This document shows, one piece after another, positions 1 to 14,426 of a stretch of 64,000 bases of DNA; within the stretch, counting starts at the first letter, position 1; each line of letters opens with the position of its first letter. The stretch is taken from the NCBI RefSeq assembly GCF_009914755.1, contig NC_060931.1, one strand, 5' to 3'. Position numbers and translations under genes: made by a program. The notes beneath the pieces are model-generated. The model searched no databases. It was given only the letters and a program-made list of their open reading frames with translations, and was not told the origin of the DNA. This DNA is from the human T2T-CHM13v2.0 reference genome, Homo sapiens.

Positions 1-405
1 ACCTACAATTGTCAAATTCACAGAAGCAGAGAATAGAATGGTGGTTAGCAGGGGCTGCCTGCTAGAGGAAAGGGAAAATGAGGTGGGGAAACGGCAAATT
101 TTTATTCAATTATTTTAAAGTTACAATTATGCAAGATGAATTACTTACAGAGCTGTGCTGTATAGAATAGTGCCTATAGTCAATAATAAGCACATACAAC
201 TTTGTTAAGAGGGCAGAGCCTATGTTAAATGTTCTTACCACAAAACAACAATAGAAAGCAAAGGGACACAAGGAAACTTGGAATTGATAGCTATGTCTAT
301 TACCTTGATTGTGGTGATGGTTTCATGGTTCAGGCACATACCCAAACTTATTGAATTCTGTATATTAAATATATGTGGATTTTTGCATAGCAATTATGCC
401 TGAAA
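1..405 (+). mobile_element. Old L1M (L1MB/MC-like) 3' UTR fragment
   Basis: 'gtcaaattcacagaagcagagaatagaatggtggtt' and 'ttgattgtggtgatggtttcatgg' are typical L1M 3'-end motifs. Confidence 0.8.
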
Positions 406-725
406 AAAGAGGTGCCTTTTTACAATTTTGTTTAAAGTTAAGAATAAAAAAACTCAGAAAAGGGTGCTTTTTATTGCTACCATATACTGAGAAGTCTGAA
501 TAATAGCAGTGATAAAATACTCTCTCAAAAATCTTTGCTGTCTAAATTGTGAAATTTTGAATAGAGGAATTTGAAGTTCCAAGTTGAAGTTTTAGTGGTT
601 TAGATGAGGGACCTGTGTTTAGATAAATGGCTTTGAATAGCTTGATAATGTCATTAAATAGGACTCATGTGCTAAGTGTAGACAAATAGTAAAGAGTGAG
701 CTATTTTGGGGTTTCTGAATATAGG

Positions 726-1465
726 TATATCAATCAAGGTCCTATCAGGATACAGAAACTACAGTTATTTACACAGGCAAAATTTAATAAAAGATACTAT
801 TAACAGAAGATTGGAGTAATGGGGATTGTCTAATAAGAGTGAAAGAGACACAAGAATAAAGAGAGATTACCACCTCTAGGATAGAGATAAAACACCCAAG
901 CAAAGTCCAGCTCTTATCAGGGCTGATATTCAGATGGTATTGAAGTGGGTACTGCTGCAGTTCAGTAGAATATGAAGAGGTTCACTGGGATGCTTTCAAG
1001 ACTCCCTGAAAATCAATGCTGTGAAGAAGCTCTCCTCAGTGGAGTGTGCACCTGCAGCTCACTGCAAAGCTGCCAGTGTGGATGCTGGAGGAGCCATCCA
1101 AAGGCAGGTGCCTCACTGGCAGCACTCCACTACAAGCCCATCCGATGGGAGTGTGTATAAAATGGGAAACTGTTCATGAGTGCCCTGCCCGACTCCCACT
1201 CTGCTGTGAAGCCACAGCCACACAAGAAATATATGCCAGAAGCTGTCCAGTACCTGCTGAAAAAAAAAAAAAGCCCAATTTGCAGACACCTGATGAAAGG
1301 GCTGCACTGGGTTGAGGAAGAGAAACCCTTTCTTCCTCCAGTGTCTCTCCAGTGCCAGGCTATATGACAAGGGGAAAACACTTGCAGGCTCCAGCTCCAC
1401 TGCCACAGAGCAGTCAAGGAAAGGTGGATTTTGAGTTCCGAGGCAATAAATTGGTAAATGGCACA
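726..1465 (-). mobile_element. Old solo LTR (LTR78/LTR79-like, tentative)
   Basis: GC-richer block ending 'ggtggattttgagttccgaggcaataaattggtaaatggcaca' (TG start on minus strand); resembles ancient LTR78/79 from memory. Confidence 0.5.
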
Positions 1466-1953
1466 GTAGGTAAATAAAATACAACATCTCATTTTCCAAG
1501 AATATGTGAGGTAGGTTAGGGAAATTCAAATGAAGTGCATTTTCTCAAAATCTGTTTTATTTTAATAGTGTGTATTAGCACTGTTTTATTACCTTTATGA
1601 TCGTTGCCTTCTGCATGGAGCTTAATTAATGGAACTTCTAATTATTCAGTCAGCCTCTGTCTCTTCATCCTCGGATACCTGTGTTTGTTTTTTTGAGTAG
1701 GAAGAGCCTGATGATTTTAGAATTCTATGAGCTTTCTTCAAGAGGTTCATATTTCCAGCCTATGTGGAACATATTTCTACATTTAAACAATAAATTAGAA
1801 ACAAAACTATGATGGCACAGTGACTATAAAGATAAAACAAACTCAGGTAATTATATTCTATTATTCTATGCAGCAATTTGGCATTTTTATTGAAGATTAA
1901 AACTTAAAACAAGAAAACAGTGTCGCATGTGAGCTGTAATTTTTTAGTGATAA

Positions 1954-2065
1954 TTACAAATTTCATTTTATATATGAAATGCATGTGTTTCATGTTATAA
2001 TTCTTACCAAAACTGGTATTATAACATGAAACACATGAATTTCATGTATGAAATGAAATTTGTAA
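1954..2065. repeat. Near-perfect inverted repeat/hairpin, 48-bp arms
   Basis: 1954-2001 is the reverse complement of 2018-2065 with 3 differences; the loop contains tacca-aaac-tggta. Confidence 0.95.
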
Positions 2066-2066
2066 C

Positions 2067-2433
<367 letters not shown>

Positions 2434-2499
2434 TTAATTAGATATCTGAATGTAAGAGACATTAAAAAAAGTGTGTGTAAAGGGATAAACAGCGGTTAC

Positions 2500-2680
2500 A
2501 GAGTGTTGTGCTGGAGCTAACTTGTAGTGATTTATAAGATTCAATTTCCAAATTTTCAGAACTTGCAGAACAGTCAACATCAGTTTGGTAGTTTATAATA
2601 GGTCATGATGGAAATACAGCACAACAGCTGGCAGATGTTACAAATCGGAGTATTGTTTTGTTTTTTCTTTCACATCCGTA
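2500..2680 (+). mobile_element. MER63-like hAT DNA transposon fragment
   Basis: 'gtgttgtgctggagctaac...aaattttcagaac...ttggtagtttataataggtcatg...ttacaaatcgg' resembles MER63. Confidence 0.6.
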
Positions 2681-4219
2681 ACAACAGAAACAAGTCGTGA
2701 AATCCATTTTAAGTGGATGGTATCTTTTTCACATTCCCAACCTAAAGATGAAGTTTCGAATATATTTTAAAATGGTTTTGAAATAGTAAGCTAAAAGTAT
2801 GAGGAATTTAAATGAGAATCCCTGATTTTCTTTCTTTCTTAAACAGTTTCAAATAATCAGATAAGCCTCTAAACCATCTAGATATTAAATAAGATTCACA
2901 TGCTAAAGGTGGTGACTAAGATATAGTAATGTATCATCAGGTTTCTGAGTACAGAGAATTAGCAAAGTGAAATGGAAATTTTGCTGAAAAGGATAGTTGA
3001 GAATAGGGGTTGGAAACAGATGGGAATATGCCAATAGTCTATTTTTTCAAATACTGTAATTAGCAGGAGTTCAAAACGTTCAAATGGCAATGTAATTACC
3101 ACCAATCCAGTGTTAAGGTAGCAAACCAGGGAGGATTACAACATATTATATAAAATCTAGAAACTTTAAGAGTATCAAGTTATGTATATCCAACTACTTA
3201 TATTCATGGACAAAAGAAATACACATTAATGATTCTGTGGGGATGCATCATTGCATCCATCATTACTATTTTAGTATTGGTAAAGAACCAAACAATTTGT
3301 TCTAAGATGTGCTGACTATTTAGCAGACTTTGTGATGGAAACACTTGCCATCTTCTCTAACACACTTCTACCATACAAAGTATACTTACTGTGCCCAAAA
3401 TGTGGTCACATACTTCTTTGTCAGCTCTCAGTAGACAAAGCAAAGGTTTATCTAGTGCAATTTTTTTCTCCTTGCCTTGCGATTTTTTTTCCTACTCCAT
3501 TGAGCTCTCAAATTAAAAGTTCTCGAATTATCCTATGGTATGTTGTCCTCCATCTCTGTACTTGGCTGGAAATTATCTTGCTAAGACATTCTAATGGTTG
3601 GAAAATGCACGTGAATAAATAAAATGAATAAAAAAATCTACTAAGTGGCACCAGAGAATAATTGTATCATTACTAATTTTGAAACATGAAGGAGGTTTTT
3701 GTTTTCCTTTTACTCCCACTTCTCCTTTAGTTTTTGCACAACGTTTTGTCATATTTAGCCTATATATTTTATATGACTACCCTATACACAAAAAGGGTAT
3801 TTAATTAAGGAGCAAATCATATAATACAAAATTATTACACATAATATTTTTAAATGAAGAAGCACTATTAATCCTGCTATTAGAATTGAATTTCAAATCA
3901 AATAAATAAAATCAATGTCTATGTAGACTTGTAAATTCTAAGGAGCTAAGTTCTTTTTTTTCTAGTATAAGGACATAGTTTTGTAATTATCAATTATTGA
4001 AAGTTTAGGGATTTTTAAAGTAGGATAAGAAAAGTGAGTCAGTCATCGAATCAATAATCACTTATTGAATAGCTGTTATATAACTGGGGTTCATATGTGT
4101 GTGTATGTCTGTGTGTGTGTCTATACACACACATATATATGTAAGATTATATAATATATATACTATATGACACAGGGATGGTGAGATGAATGAAAAATGT
4201 TGGAAGAACTTACACTCTA

Positions 4220-4390
4220 GTGTGATAGTTTTGAAACCAGACAGCAGACTAAAATCACTCAGAAAGCTTCAAAAATACTGAGACCTTGGACCAAAGCAAC
4301 TAAATCAGTTTCTTCGGTAGTAAGGTAGCAGAAACAGAATGCTCTCTAGGTTATGCTGATTAGTTGCCAATATCGAGAATAATTGGTTTG
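4220..4390. mobile_element. MER5-like hAT-Charlie fragment
   Basis: 'aaaatcactcagaaagcttcaaaaatactgag...ctctctaggttatgctgat' pattern. Confidence 0.5.
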
Positions 4391-5053
4391 GTGGCTTTTA
4401 AATAGATGCTTGCTATTCAAATTGTCTTGTTGCCACCACTGAAAGTGTCAATATTTTTGTTTTTGCTTTTAAAATTTACTCTTGTATTATAACCTTAAAG
4501 CTGTATAGTTATCCACTGACTTAAAAGCAACAACAACTCTTCTTTTAGTGTGTTTTTCAGCACACTAGCTACTTAGTAACCTGTTTACAGGATAACCAAA
4601 CTTTAACGTACAAGCTCAAATTATTGGGATGTGATTTATTGGTTAATTTACACAGATATTTTACTAAAAGATAAATCATCTTAAATGACAGTTTTAATAT
4701 TTTATTAAATGTTTTCTTTTAGTCTTAGAAAAGGAACTTCATTCTATTGCCTAGAAGTGGGTAATACACTTGTATGCTTTTACTCCCTGAGTTTTGGAAT
4801 AAATCATCCCTAATACGCTTTGGTAGCTAAGGAAACAAGGACATCTTTAGTTCCCATCTTCTCACTGAGCCTAAATGAGACCACCAGGCAGTCCTCTGAC
4901 ATGTCCCCAGCTCAGTGTTGCTGAAACCACTGTTTGTGTTACCAGGACCCGTGCGAGCTCTTAGTAAAACATGGTAGGTATAGAAAGTGAGAATAAGGGT
5001 GTAGTGACATCACAGTTTTGGAGAATAATTTGTGTTTATTGAATCTACTGTGG

Positions 5054-5371
5054 TTTTTTTTTATTACTATACTTTAAGTTCTGGGATACATGCGCAGAAT
5101 GTGCAGGTTTGTTACATAGGTATACATGTGCCACGGTGGTTTGCTGTACCCATCATCCCATCATCTAGGTTTTAAGCCTGCATGCATTAGATATTTGTCC
5201 TAATGCTATCCCTCCCCTTACCCCCATCCCTGACAGGCCCTGGTGTGTGATGTTCCCCTCCCTGTGTCCATGTGTTCTCATTGCTCAACTCCCACTTATG
5301 AGTGAGAACATGTGGTGTTTGGTTTTCTGTTCCTGTGTTAGTTTGCTGAGAATAATGGTTTCCACCTTCAT
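5054..5371 (-). mobile_element. L1PA 3' end, 5'-truncated
   Basis: 'ttattactatactttaagttctgggatacatgcgcagaatgtgcaggtttgttacatagg' is antisense L1PA 3' UTR. Confidence 0.95.
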
Positions 5372-5452
5372 AGTGAAACTTATATTTTATAATTCTTTTT
5401 TTCACTTTGTATTTTAGTAATTTTTGTAATTGTGTTTTATTTTAAAAAATCT

Positions 5453-5795
<343 letters not shown>

Positions 5796-6484
5796 TTAAA
5801 ATAAATCGAACTAGTCCTTTGCCGGTGATGGGATGACAAGTCTTTCCCAGGCCACACTCACATGTGTATTGTTTGGCCTTTCTATAATGTGAACATGGTC
5901 TCTAGGAAGAAAATTTGTGCTTATCCAAGATTTACCTAGAAAGATTCTATTGCTTCATTAATGGATAAGAAAGAAGGGCTAATACAAAGAGCTTCACAAG
6001 CAACATAGAGGAAGAAAAAAGAAATAAGTAATAATTAGAGGAAAATAAGGAAGAAACAGATACAAACAAGAATGGGAATAGAGGGAAAAGAGAAGAAGAG
6101 AGATTAAGGTATAAAGAGTAAACAACATATTTTTTTCTAGATGAAGTTCATCTAAGTATTGTATGAAATAAGTGTTCACAACCCTATGAGAGCAGCAAAT
6201 GCAGTTTTTTTTTAAAAGAAGTTGGTGCAATGTAGCCAAAATTTTATAGCCCATAAATAGTTTATGTATTAACTAAACTTGAAATAAACAACATTGCATT
6301 AAAAGTAGAGACTGTTTGGACTTACACTGTTTATTGTTCCTATGGTGTTTATTTTAAATGACTATAAACATTTGTTAAGAACTATAAACATTTTGGAATT
6401 TAAAATGATAGGAGATATATTTGACATAGAGTAGGTGTCTCAAAAGAATAGGGATCCAAATAACAGTCAGGATGTTCTAAAAGT

Positions 6485-6800
6485 ATTCAGTCTCAGTTAC
6501 TCGAGATGGATACATTGTGGAGATCTACTGTACAGCATAGTGTCATACTTAACAATACTTTCATGAGTACTTAATTAGCTAAGTGAGTAGATCTTATGCT
6601 AAGTGTTCATACTAGTAATCAATTAATAAATAGAAATAAAAAGAGTGGGAGTAAACTTTTGGAAGTGATATATTTATGGCTGTGACCATGCTGATGATTT
6701 CATGGGGGTATACTTACTTCTAACACATCAAGTTGTGCATATTAAATATGTACAGTTTTTTTGCATCTCAACCACACCTTCATAAAGTGGGTTTAAAAAT
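6485..6800 (+). mobile_element. Old L1M 3' UTR fragment
   Basis: 'gagatctactgtacagcatagtg...catcaagttgtgcatattaaatatgtacag' L1M tail motifs. Confidence 0.75.
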
Positions 6801-8119
6801 GAATAAATTTGAAACTAATGTGTTGAGGAGTGTGATTTTAACTACTTGATAATATAAATAAGATAATTTGTTATCTTTGTTTGGAGCACAATTTAGGCAG
6901 CATGATTCTATTTTAAATGAGGCCTTTCTTTTTCGTTAAAATCAGAGTACTTTGGCTTTATTTTGTAATAACAAGAAGAGAACAAAGATGAGGAGCAGTA
7001 AATGTTTTTCAAAGCTAATCAGTTTGAGGCCTTTTTTTTCTTTTTCTTTAGTTCTGAATTGTTTTCTCTAAAGACAATGGAAATTGTAATACTTAATTTG
7101 TCATATTCTAAAAAAAAAAAAAAAGCATGAATGCCAAGAAGTAAGTACTACCTGCATCTACAGTCACGTTTTAGCATTTCAATTTGTATGAGAGGTGGGA
7201 CGAATACTGAAGATGTCACATTAACGATAATGACAATTTAAATTCAGTAATTCTTGCACAGGCAAACTGATGTGCAGGTTATTGTACAAACTAAAATTCT
7301 ATTATTCTACAGTTTGCTTAATAATTAGCCTTTCTTCTTATTGTTTCATTTTTTGAAATACAAAAGTCCTCTTACTTAGTAATTACAGAATAAAACAGTA
7401 ACTTTCTATGTACATTGCCATTTTCATGACATATTTGGTCATCCTTTCTGGAACATATCCCATGTTTCTTACACCTTCTCTTATTGCAATTCTTTTCAAG
7501 GAATAGAAAATATGCTATTTTTTTCAGAAAAAAATTTAAAAAACTTTCTTCCAATATGTAATATTTTCTGATCCTCCATTCCCCATTACAATCCCACTTG
7601 TTTGTTACCCTATTTGCCTCATTATTAAGGTAGTCACATATTGCATCAAGAAAATAAGTCATTCATTTCCAAACAATGCACTGTCTACACCAATACATTT
7701 AAAATTAGATGCAATTCCTGATCTAAGTATGTTTAGGAGTAATGAAAAAATTTTAAGCCAAGAGACAAAATAGAAATAGCTTTAGAGATAGTTTATTGGT
7801 TTCGATTATTCATTACTGCACTATATAATCAATTATAGAAAACTTCTGAAATCTAGATAATATTCAGGAAACTATTTCTATAAAATGCCAATTTGCACAG
7901 AAGAGTAAGACAGACAATTATAGAGTACTTCAAAAAATATAATTTTTGAGAAATTTTAGGTATATGAAATGGCATAATAACTTGTATAATTACAAGGTAG
8001 AGACAAGCTAACTAGGAGTTCTTTGAGTAAATTTCTCTAGTCCTTAATTCTTTACATTTTCCTTTTTTAGGTATATTCTATAGTCAGCAGTATCCTGGTG
8101 ACTCATAAGAGAAGATTCA

Positions 8120-8432
8120 GCCAAGCTCGGTGGCTCCCGCCTATAATCCTAGTACTTTGGGAGGCCAAGGCGGGTGGATTGCCTGAGCTCAGGAGTTTGA
8201 GACCCAGCCTGGGCAACATGATGAAACCCCGTCTCTACTAAAACACACACACAAAAACAAGTAGCCGGGATTGGGGCGTGCTACTCAGGAGGCTGAGGCA
8301 GGTGAATCGCTTGAATCCACCAGGTGGAGATTGCAGTGAGCCGAGATCACGCCAATGCACTCCAGCCTGGGAGACAGAGCAAGATTCCGTCTCAAAACAA
8401 AAACAAAAACAAAAACAAAAAACAGAAACAAA
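8120..8432 (+). mobile_element. Alu (AluS) with small internal deletion and (CAAAAA)n tail
   Basis: TSD agaagattca (8110-8119) / agaagactca (8433-8442). Confidence 0.95.
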
Positions 8433-8671
8433 AGAAGACTCATAAAACAAACTTTCAGTTCTGCTAATAAATTCAAGGGACTGGAATTACTACTTGTTGA
8501 ACATCACCATACTATTTTGTCCTCAATTTATCTTGATTGAGAGATATGGTCTTTAAGGAAACATGCTTTAGTTATTTGGGAAGATTCTTCAGCAGCTCAG
8601 TGTTTGCTATGAAGCTTCTATACTCGCCATGCCTGTATTCTTTCTAAATAATTGAAAACAGTAATGGGTTT

Positions 8672-9015
8672 TGATATGGTTTGGCTCTTCGTTCCCACTC
8701 AAATCTCACCTTGAATTGTAATAATCCCCACGTGTCAAGGGTAGGAGCAGGTGGAGATAATTGAATCATTGGGGTGGTTTCCTCCATGCTGTTCTCTTGA
8801 TAGCGATTGAGTTATCCTGTGAGCTAATGGTTTTGTAAGGGGCTTCCCCCTTCACTCAGCACTCATTCTCTCTGCCGCCACACTGTGAAGAGGTGCCTTT
8901 TGCCATGATTCTAAGTTTCCTGAGGCCTCCCCAGCCATGCAGAACTGTGAGTCAATTCAACGTCTTTCCTGTATAAATTACCCAGTCTTGGGTATTTCTT
9001 CATAGCGGTGAGAAA
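8672..9015 (+). mobile_element. THE1 (C/D-like) MaLR solo LTR, last bases missing
   Basis: Starts tgatatggtttggct; contains 'ggcctccccagccatgcagaactgtgagtcaatt'. Confidence 0.92.
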
Positions 9016-10339
9016 CTAAACCTATTTTAGTTAATAAGATCGAACTAAAGTAGGTTTCAATAAATATGTTTCTTTAAAATGAGTCATGACTAGCTGTAAA
9101 CAATGACTTTTTTGGCATGGCATTCTTTTTGTGAAATATTATATAATTTGGTAAGATTTCTATTGATTTTTAATTTGTTGCCTTTCTTTTAGTACTTGTC
9201 TTCACCTTTAATTTTTCTTAATAAATGCGGAATTGAAATGAGCTAAATTATTCAGACACTTTGGGATCAACATCTATTTCATTGTTCATCTCAGTTAGTT
9301 GCATCAGGACTATCGCATATCTTCATTCTCCTATGACATGTCTTAAAACAATATGATTTCTAACTCATTTTGTTAACTGTAATGAATTCCTTTTTTTGGA
9401 TATGCTAATAATTTCCCTTAAAGCAGTAACTGATACAACAAAATCTTTTGTCTTCTCTCTCATCCCAATTAAAGTGTATATGTTTCCTTTTCTGAGGAAG
9501 ATTGCTAAGTGTTATTGAATACTTCTTTTTCCTCTTCGTTTTTCTAGGAAAGTAGTGCTATGCTGTGATTTTACTAAAGTTTAACTGAGCAGAATTGACT
9601 TAATTATATATAATGGGACTTAGTTGTGTTTTTTTCTCTGACGTATTTTCACTTTCTTGAAATCTGGAAGAGATTTTTCTCTGATTATATCCAGAGTGTG
9701 AAGAGAAATGAATTTAAAAATTCATTTTGGAAAGTAGAAATGAAGACTGAAGGCTTATTCTGCAAGTTTTCCTGAAATACCAAAAATAGAAATGTAGTTG
9801 CCAATTAACCGGGCTAAGAAATTATATTTTTACATAGTTGCTAGTCATGATCAAAATTATAATATTAGTTGTTGTCTACCATTTTAGATTGTCTTTAGTA
9901 AGGTAATTTTAGATAAATGTGAACTTATTTACAATGTCCTTCAGAAATACTAGTAACTTTTATTTAAGAATAAAAGTTTACTTTAATCACTTGGTTTAGA
10001 TGGTATCTTCCAGTTTTATATAATGTGAAGCTAGTATTTTTCCTTTTGTAATGAATAAATGTTTCATGGGGAGATATTTTGAGACTATGAAAATATCTTT
10101 TTTCTCCTAGAATCACTCTCTTTAGACTATCATTTATTCTTGCCTAATTAACTTACTTCTGTGATAGTTTCCAAACGGTGATTTTCTACTTTCATCATTA
10201 AATTTATGTATAACAGTTTTATTCTGTTTTAAAAAAGGATTTTTAATTCCTAATTATGTATTCATTTTTGTCACAGGTACTTATAGACTTTAATTGTATT
10301 CTGTAGGTAATAATCTATTATTCTTACCATTGCTGGGCA

Positions 10340-11095
10340 AATATATATTGTATGACTCCATGTATGTTGTCTGACAAAGATATAACATCACTCCAGTAAT
10401 ATTCCTGCCAAAAACATACCACAAATTTAATCATGAGCAAACACCAGACAAACAAAATCTGAGAGATATTCTACAAAATGAATGATCTCTTCAAAAATAT
10501 GATAATAAAAGATTAAGAAAAAAGAAAATAATTTTGTGAGGTGAGGAATATGTTAACTAAACTTGATTGTGATCATCGTTTAATGACGCACATGTATACC
10601 AAGCCATCAAGTTGGACACCTTATGTATACAATTTTTGTCAATTATACCTGAATGCAGCTGAAATAAAATGAGAAATGCTTCCAATTTAAATTATAAGTA
10701 AGATACATGATAAGAAAATGCAACACACCATCCTGGATTGCTTTAAACATCAGTGGGAAAAATGGACAAATTGAATAAGGTCTTTAGATTCTAGGATATA
10801 ATAATTTTAATTCTTAATTTTGATAATTGTACAGGGGTTATGTAAGGTATTGCCCTTGTTACTAGGAAATATGCATTTGAGTTGAGAGTAAATGGGCAAT
10901 GTATCTCTGATTTACTCACAAATGTTCAGGAAATTGTGCATTTGTGTGCATCATTGTGTGTAAGAAGACAGAGGAGGGAAAGGAGGAAATTTTATGAAAT
11001 GTTAACATTAGAAGAAAACCAAGCGAAGGATCTGTGAAAATTACACTACTTTTTGCAAATTTTCTGCAATTCCTAAGTTGTTAAAATAAAATTTC
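10340..11095 (+). mobile_element. L1MC/ME-type 3' region fragments
   Basis: 'aatcatgagcaaacaccagacaaac...gagatattctacaaaat' L1MC4-like motif. Confidence 0.7.
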
Positions 11096-11519
11096 TAAAA
11101 ACTAACTTTATGTCAGACTGATTCTGAATTACATAGTAAGTTACATGGTTTCTTTTCTTTCTTTTCAAGAAATAGTTAACAAAGAAAAAAACATTCAAAC
11201 TTATCTTCTGTTAAGCCCTTTTCCTTTTCTAGTATTCCATTTCTTAAAATCCTTCCTAGGCTTTTCTTAGGTTCCAGATTTCTAGCTTCCACAGAAAGCA
11301 TGATCTCACTATCCTTGGAACACAATTGCCTGCTCTTTGCTCTGAGTTCTAACATTACAGTCTTTATAAAACAACCTAGCATTCAATAATGTAATGTTTT
11401 ATGTTTATCCTACATTATTTCACTTAGATATAATGTCTTCATCAATTAATCAGAGAAAATTTCTTTCATTTTCTTCCTCTCTCCAAAAATTCCTGCAATT
11501 TCAATTCTACAGTAAGAGG

Positions 11520-11922
11520 TTTCCTTAGTATGTTTTCTGTTGTTTATAGCAAAATACCCCAAACTGAGTAATTTATAAAGAAAATAAATTTATTTCATAT
11601 AGTTCTGGAAGCTGAGAAGTCCACGGTTGAGGGGCTGCATCTGGCGAGGGCCTTCTTGCTGGTGGGGATTCTGCAGTGTCCAAAGTCAGCATAGGGCATC
11701 ACATGGTGAGAGGACTGAGTTCAGGGTTCTCTTCTTATAAAGCCACCAGTCCCATTCCCATAATAACCCATTAACTCACTAATTCATGAAAACATTAATT
11801 TATTCATAAGGGGAGAGATTTCATGACCCAATCACCTCTCAAAGGCCCTCCTTCTCAACTACCACATTGGAGATTAAATTTCAACATGAGTTTTGGGGTT
11901 GACAAACATCCAAACCACAGTA
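11520..11922 (-). mobile_element. MST/MLT1A-type MaLR solo LTR
   Basis: 'aaactgagtaatttataaag...gttctggaagctgagaagtcc...catgacccaatcacctctcaaaggcc...ccaaaccacag'. Confidence 0.85.
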
Positions 11923-14426
11923 TCAGTTATTTAATCTTTATACATTTGATGTAAAATAGTTTGCTTGGAAGATAGTCCTAAGCACTAAGGATGAAAAAAT
12001 AGATAAAATAATGACTTTCACCTATTAAATTAATTTAAAACTATTTCTTAAAAAGGGATAAAAATAAAGGAAAATTAATGCAGCTAACTTCTGCAAGTAC
12101 TGCTTTTCACGTGCTTAGAAATTTTCTAGTTATGACCTATTCTCTTCAATGGTGAGGCAGAGTTGTTCTCATTAAAGAACTGCCACTTTGGAAGACAGTT
12201 TGGCAGTTTCTCACAAAACTAAATATGTTCTTACCATATCATATAGCAATTGTGTTCCTAGGTATTTACTCAAATGCCTTTAAAACTTATGTTCCCATAA
12301 AAGCCTGTGTATGAATGTTTATAGCATATTTATTCATTGTTGCTAAAACTTGGAAGGAACCATAATGTCCTTCAGTAGGTGAATGAACAAATAAATTGTG
12401 ATATATCCATATAACGCAACATTACTCAGCAATAAAAAAGGAATATCAAGCCATGAAAAGACATGCAAGAAACTTAACACACACTGCTAGTGAAAGAAGC
12501 CAATATGAAAATGTAACATACTATGATTCCAGTTAAATGCCATTCTTGAAAGGAAAAACTATGGATACAATAAAAAGATCAAGGGTGGTCAGTGGGCTGG
12601 GGAGGGCATGAGATGACTACGTAGAGAACAGGTAATTTATAGAGCACAGAAATTATTCTATATGATGCTGTAATGGTGGATTAAGGTCATACATTTGTCA
12701 AAACTGATAGAATGTATAATGCAAAGAGTGAACTATAATGTAAACTATAGAGTTAAGGATGAATCAACACCGATTCATCAATGTAACAAATGAGTCAACA
12801 TATTTCATAATATAGTATGCAATATTACCATCACATTAATATTTGATTATATATTAATATATTAATGCAATATGTTAATAATATGAGACTGGGGGGTGAG
12901 GTGTATATGAAAAGCTTCTATATTTGCTACTCAATTTTTCTGTGAACCTAATAATGTTTTAAAAATAAAGTAAATCAATATAAAAAATGAAAATAAATTA
13001 GTAGTTATCATGAACTCAGGTTGAATTGGGGAAGAACAAGAGGTTTGTTTACTGTGGTGAAAGTATTTTGAGTGATACCATAATGGTGAATACAAGACAT
13101 TCAGCATTTGTCAAAACCTATGAAATTTAAAGCACAACGAGTAAACTTCATGATCAATAAAATAGTTATTTAGGAGACTGGAGCATCCCAGAATGAACTA
13201 CAAAATATTATTTTTAATCCCATAAAATTCTTTTTTTAAAGATTGAAACAACTTGATGGTAGATTTTTTTAAAAGTTGTTTACTTAAATTACCTCACAAA
13301 CGATTGACATATATAAGAAAGAAGGCAAAAGGCACTGTAAGCCCAGTAATATAGTTGATAAAGTTGATAAGGGGATATGCTCGAACAATTCTGAAATCAC
13401 TATGTGTGTGTAATTGTTTTATGTATAGATTAGTATTGTACACTGAAATTCAGTGTATGGTAAGTAAATGGATAATGATGCTAGGAGCTAGACTCATTAT
13501 TGTTCAAGTATAAGGTTACAGATAAAACAGAGAAGACTACATTGATTTACAAGATGAATTAAAACTGCAGGTATCTGTATAAACTGATGTTTAGTTTAAC
13601 ATAGACACATAAAGTTACATATAACATACTTATGCATATGTGTATATACATGACTTAGTACACACACTTGTAACTTCTTGCTCTTAAAATGAAAGGACCA
13701 ATTAAACAATGATACCCCAGTAGCAATGAACACACCAGGATCTTGGTTTCTAATACTATTGTCCAATAAAATAAACCAGGGCTTTTTGGATATATGAGTG
13801 ATTTTAGGACTGGGAAAGAAAATATACAATATGAGCCTGGAATAGATTGTAGTTCCAGAAAGTGAGAAAGTGCTCAAAACACACATATAAATACACACAC
13901 ACACACACACACACACAATTATGGCAGTATGTCAAAGGGATCCTAAAGTCAACTGAAAGAGTTTCCAGTAGCTAAAAAGCTGGAATAATTTGATTTTTAA
14001 AAAGTAATATTGGATTTGAACTCAAAGTATAGAATATTCATGATTTCATGATGACATAAATAAATGATTTAGTAAATAAATAAATGGGAAATAGTAGATA
14101 AATTTCCCAGGTGGAAGAATTTCAAACAAATTAAGTAGATACTCTGTTCTAGAGGGGATAGACCATAAATGTCTCCTTGTTCACTCTGTGCCGCACAAAT
14201 TGACTTTCTCCCTACTAGTACAGCATGAAAATGGCAAACAAATAAACTAACTTTATAACGAAGAAAGTTGGCAAACACTATCTCAAGCTAGTGATTAAGG
14301 TTAAAATGAAGGGTTGTAACTCATATTGATTCCACATACCCTCAATGCAGTGTGGTGAGAATGCATTTTAGCCCTGTGGTCTTCTTCCCCCAGTACACAC
14401 GACAACTTTCTAATCATAAGAAAAAC

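Noticed and set aside
972-1529. Cluster of overlapping ORFs up to 138 aa
   Set aside because: They lie within an old LTR-like block on both strands, with no recognisable domain or splice structure
6361-6394. Short direct duplications (also near 47426-47452, 53378-53403 and 63709-63746)
   Set aside because: Ordinary 11-20 bp slippage duplications; no regular repeat-spacer array
8920-8945. PRDM9 hotspot 13-mer in THE1 elements
   Set aside because: It reads cctccccagccat, not CCNCCNTNNCCNC; the other two THE1/MST copies also mismatch
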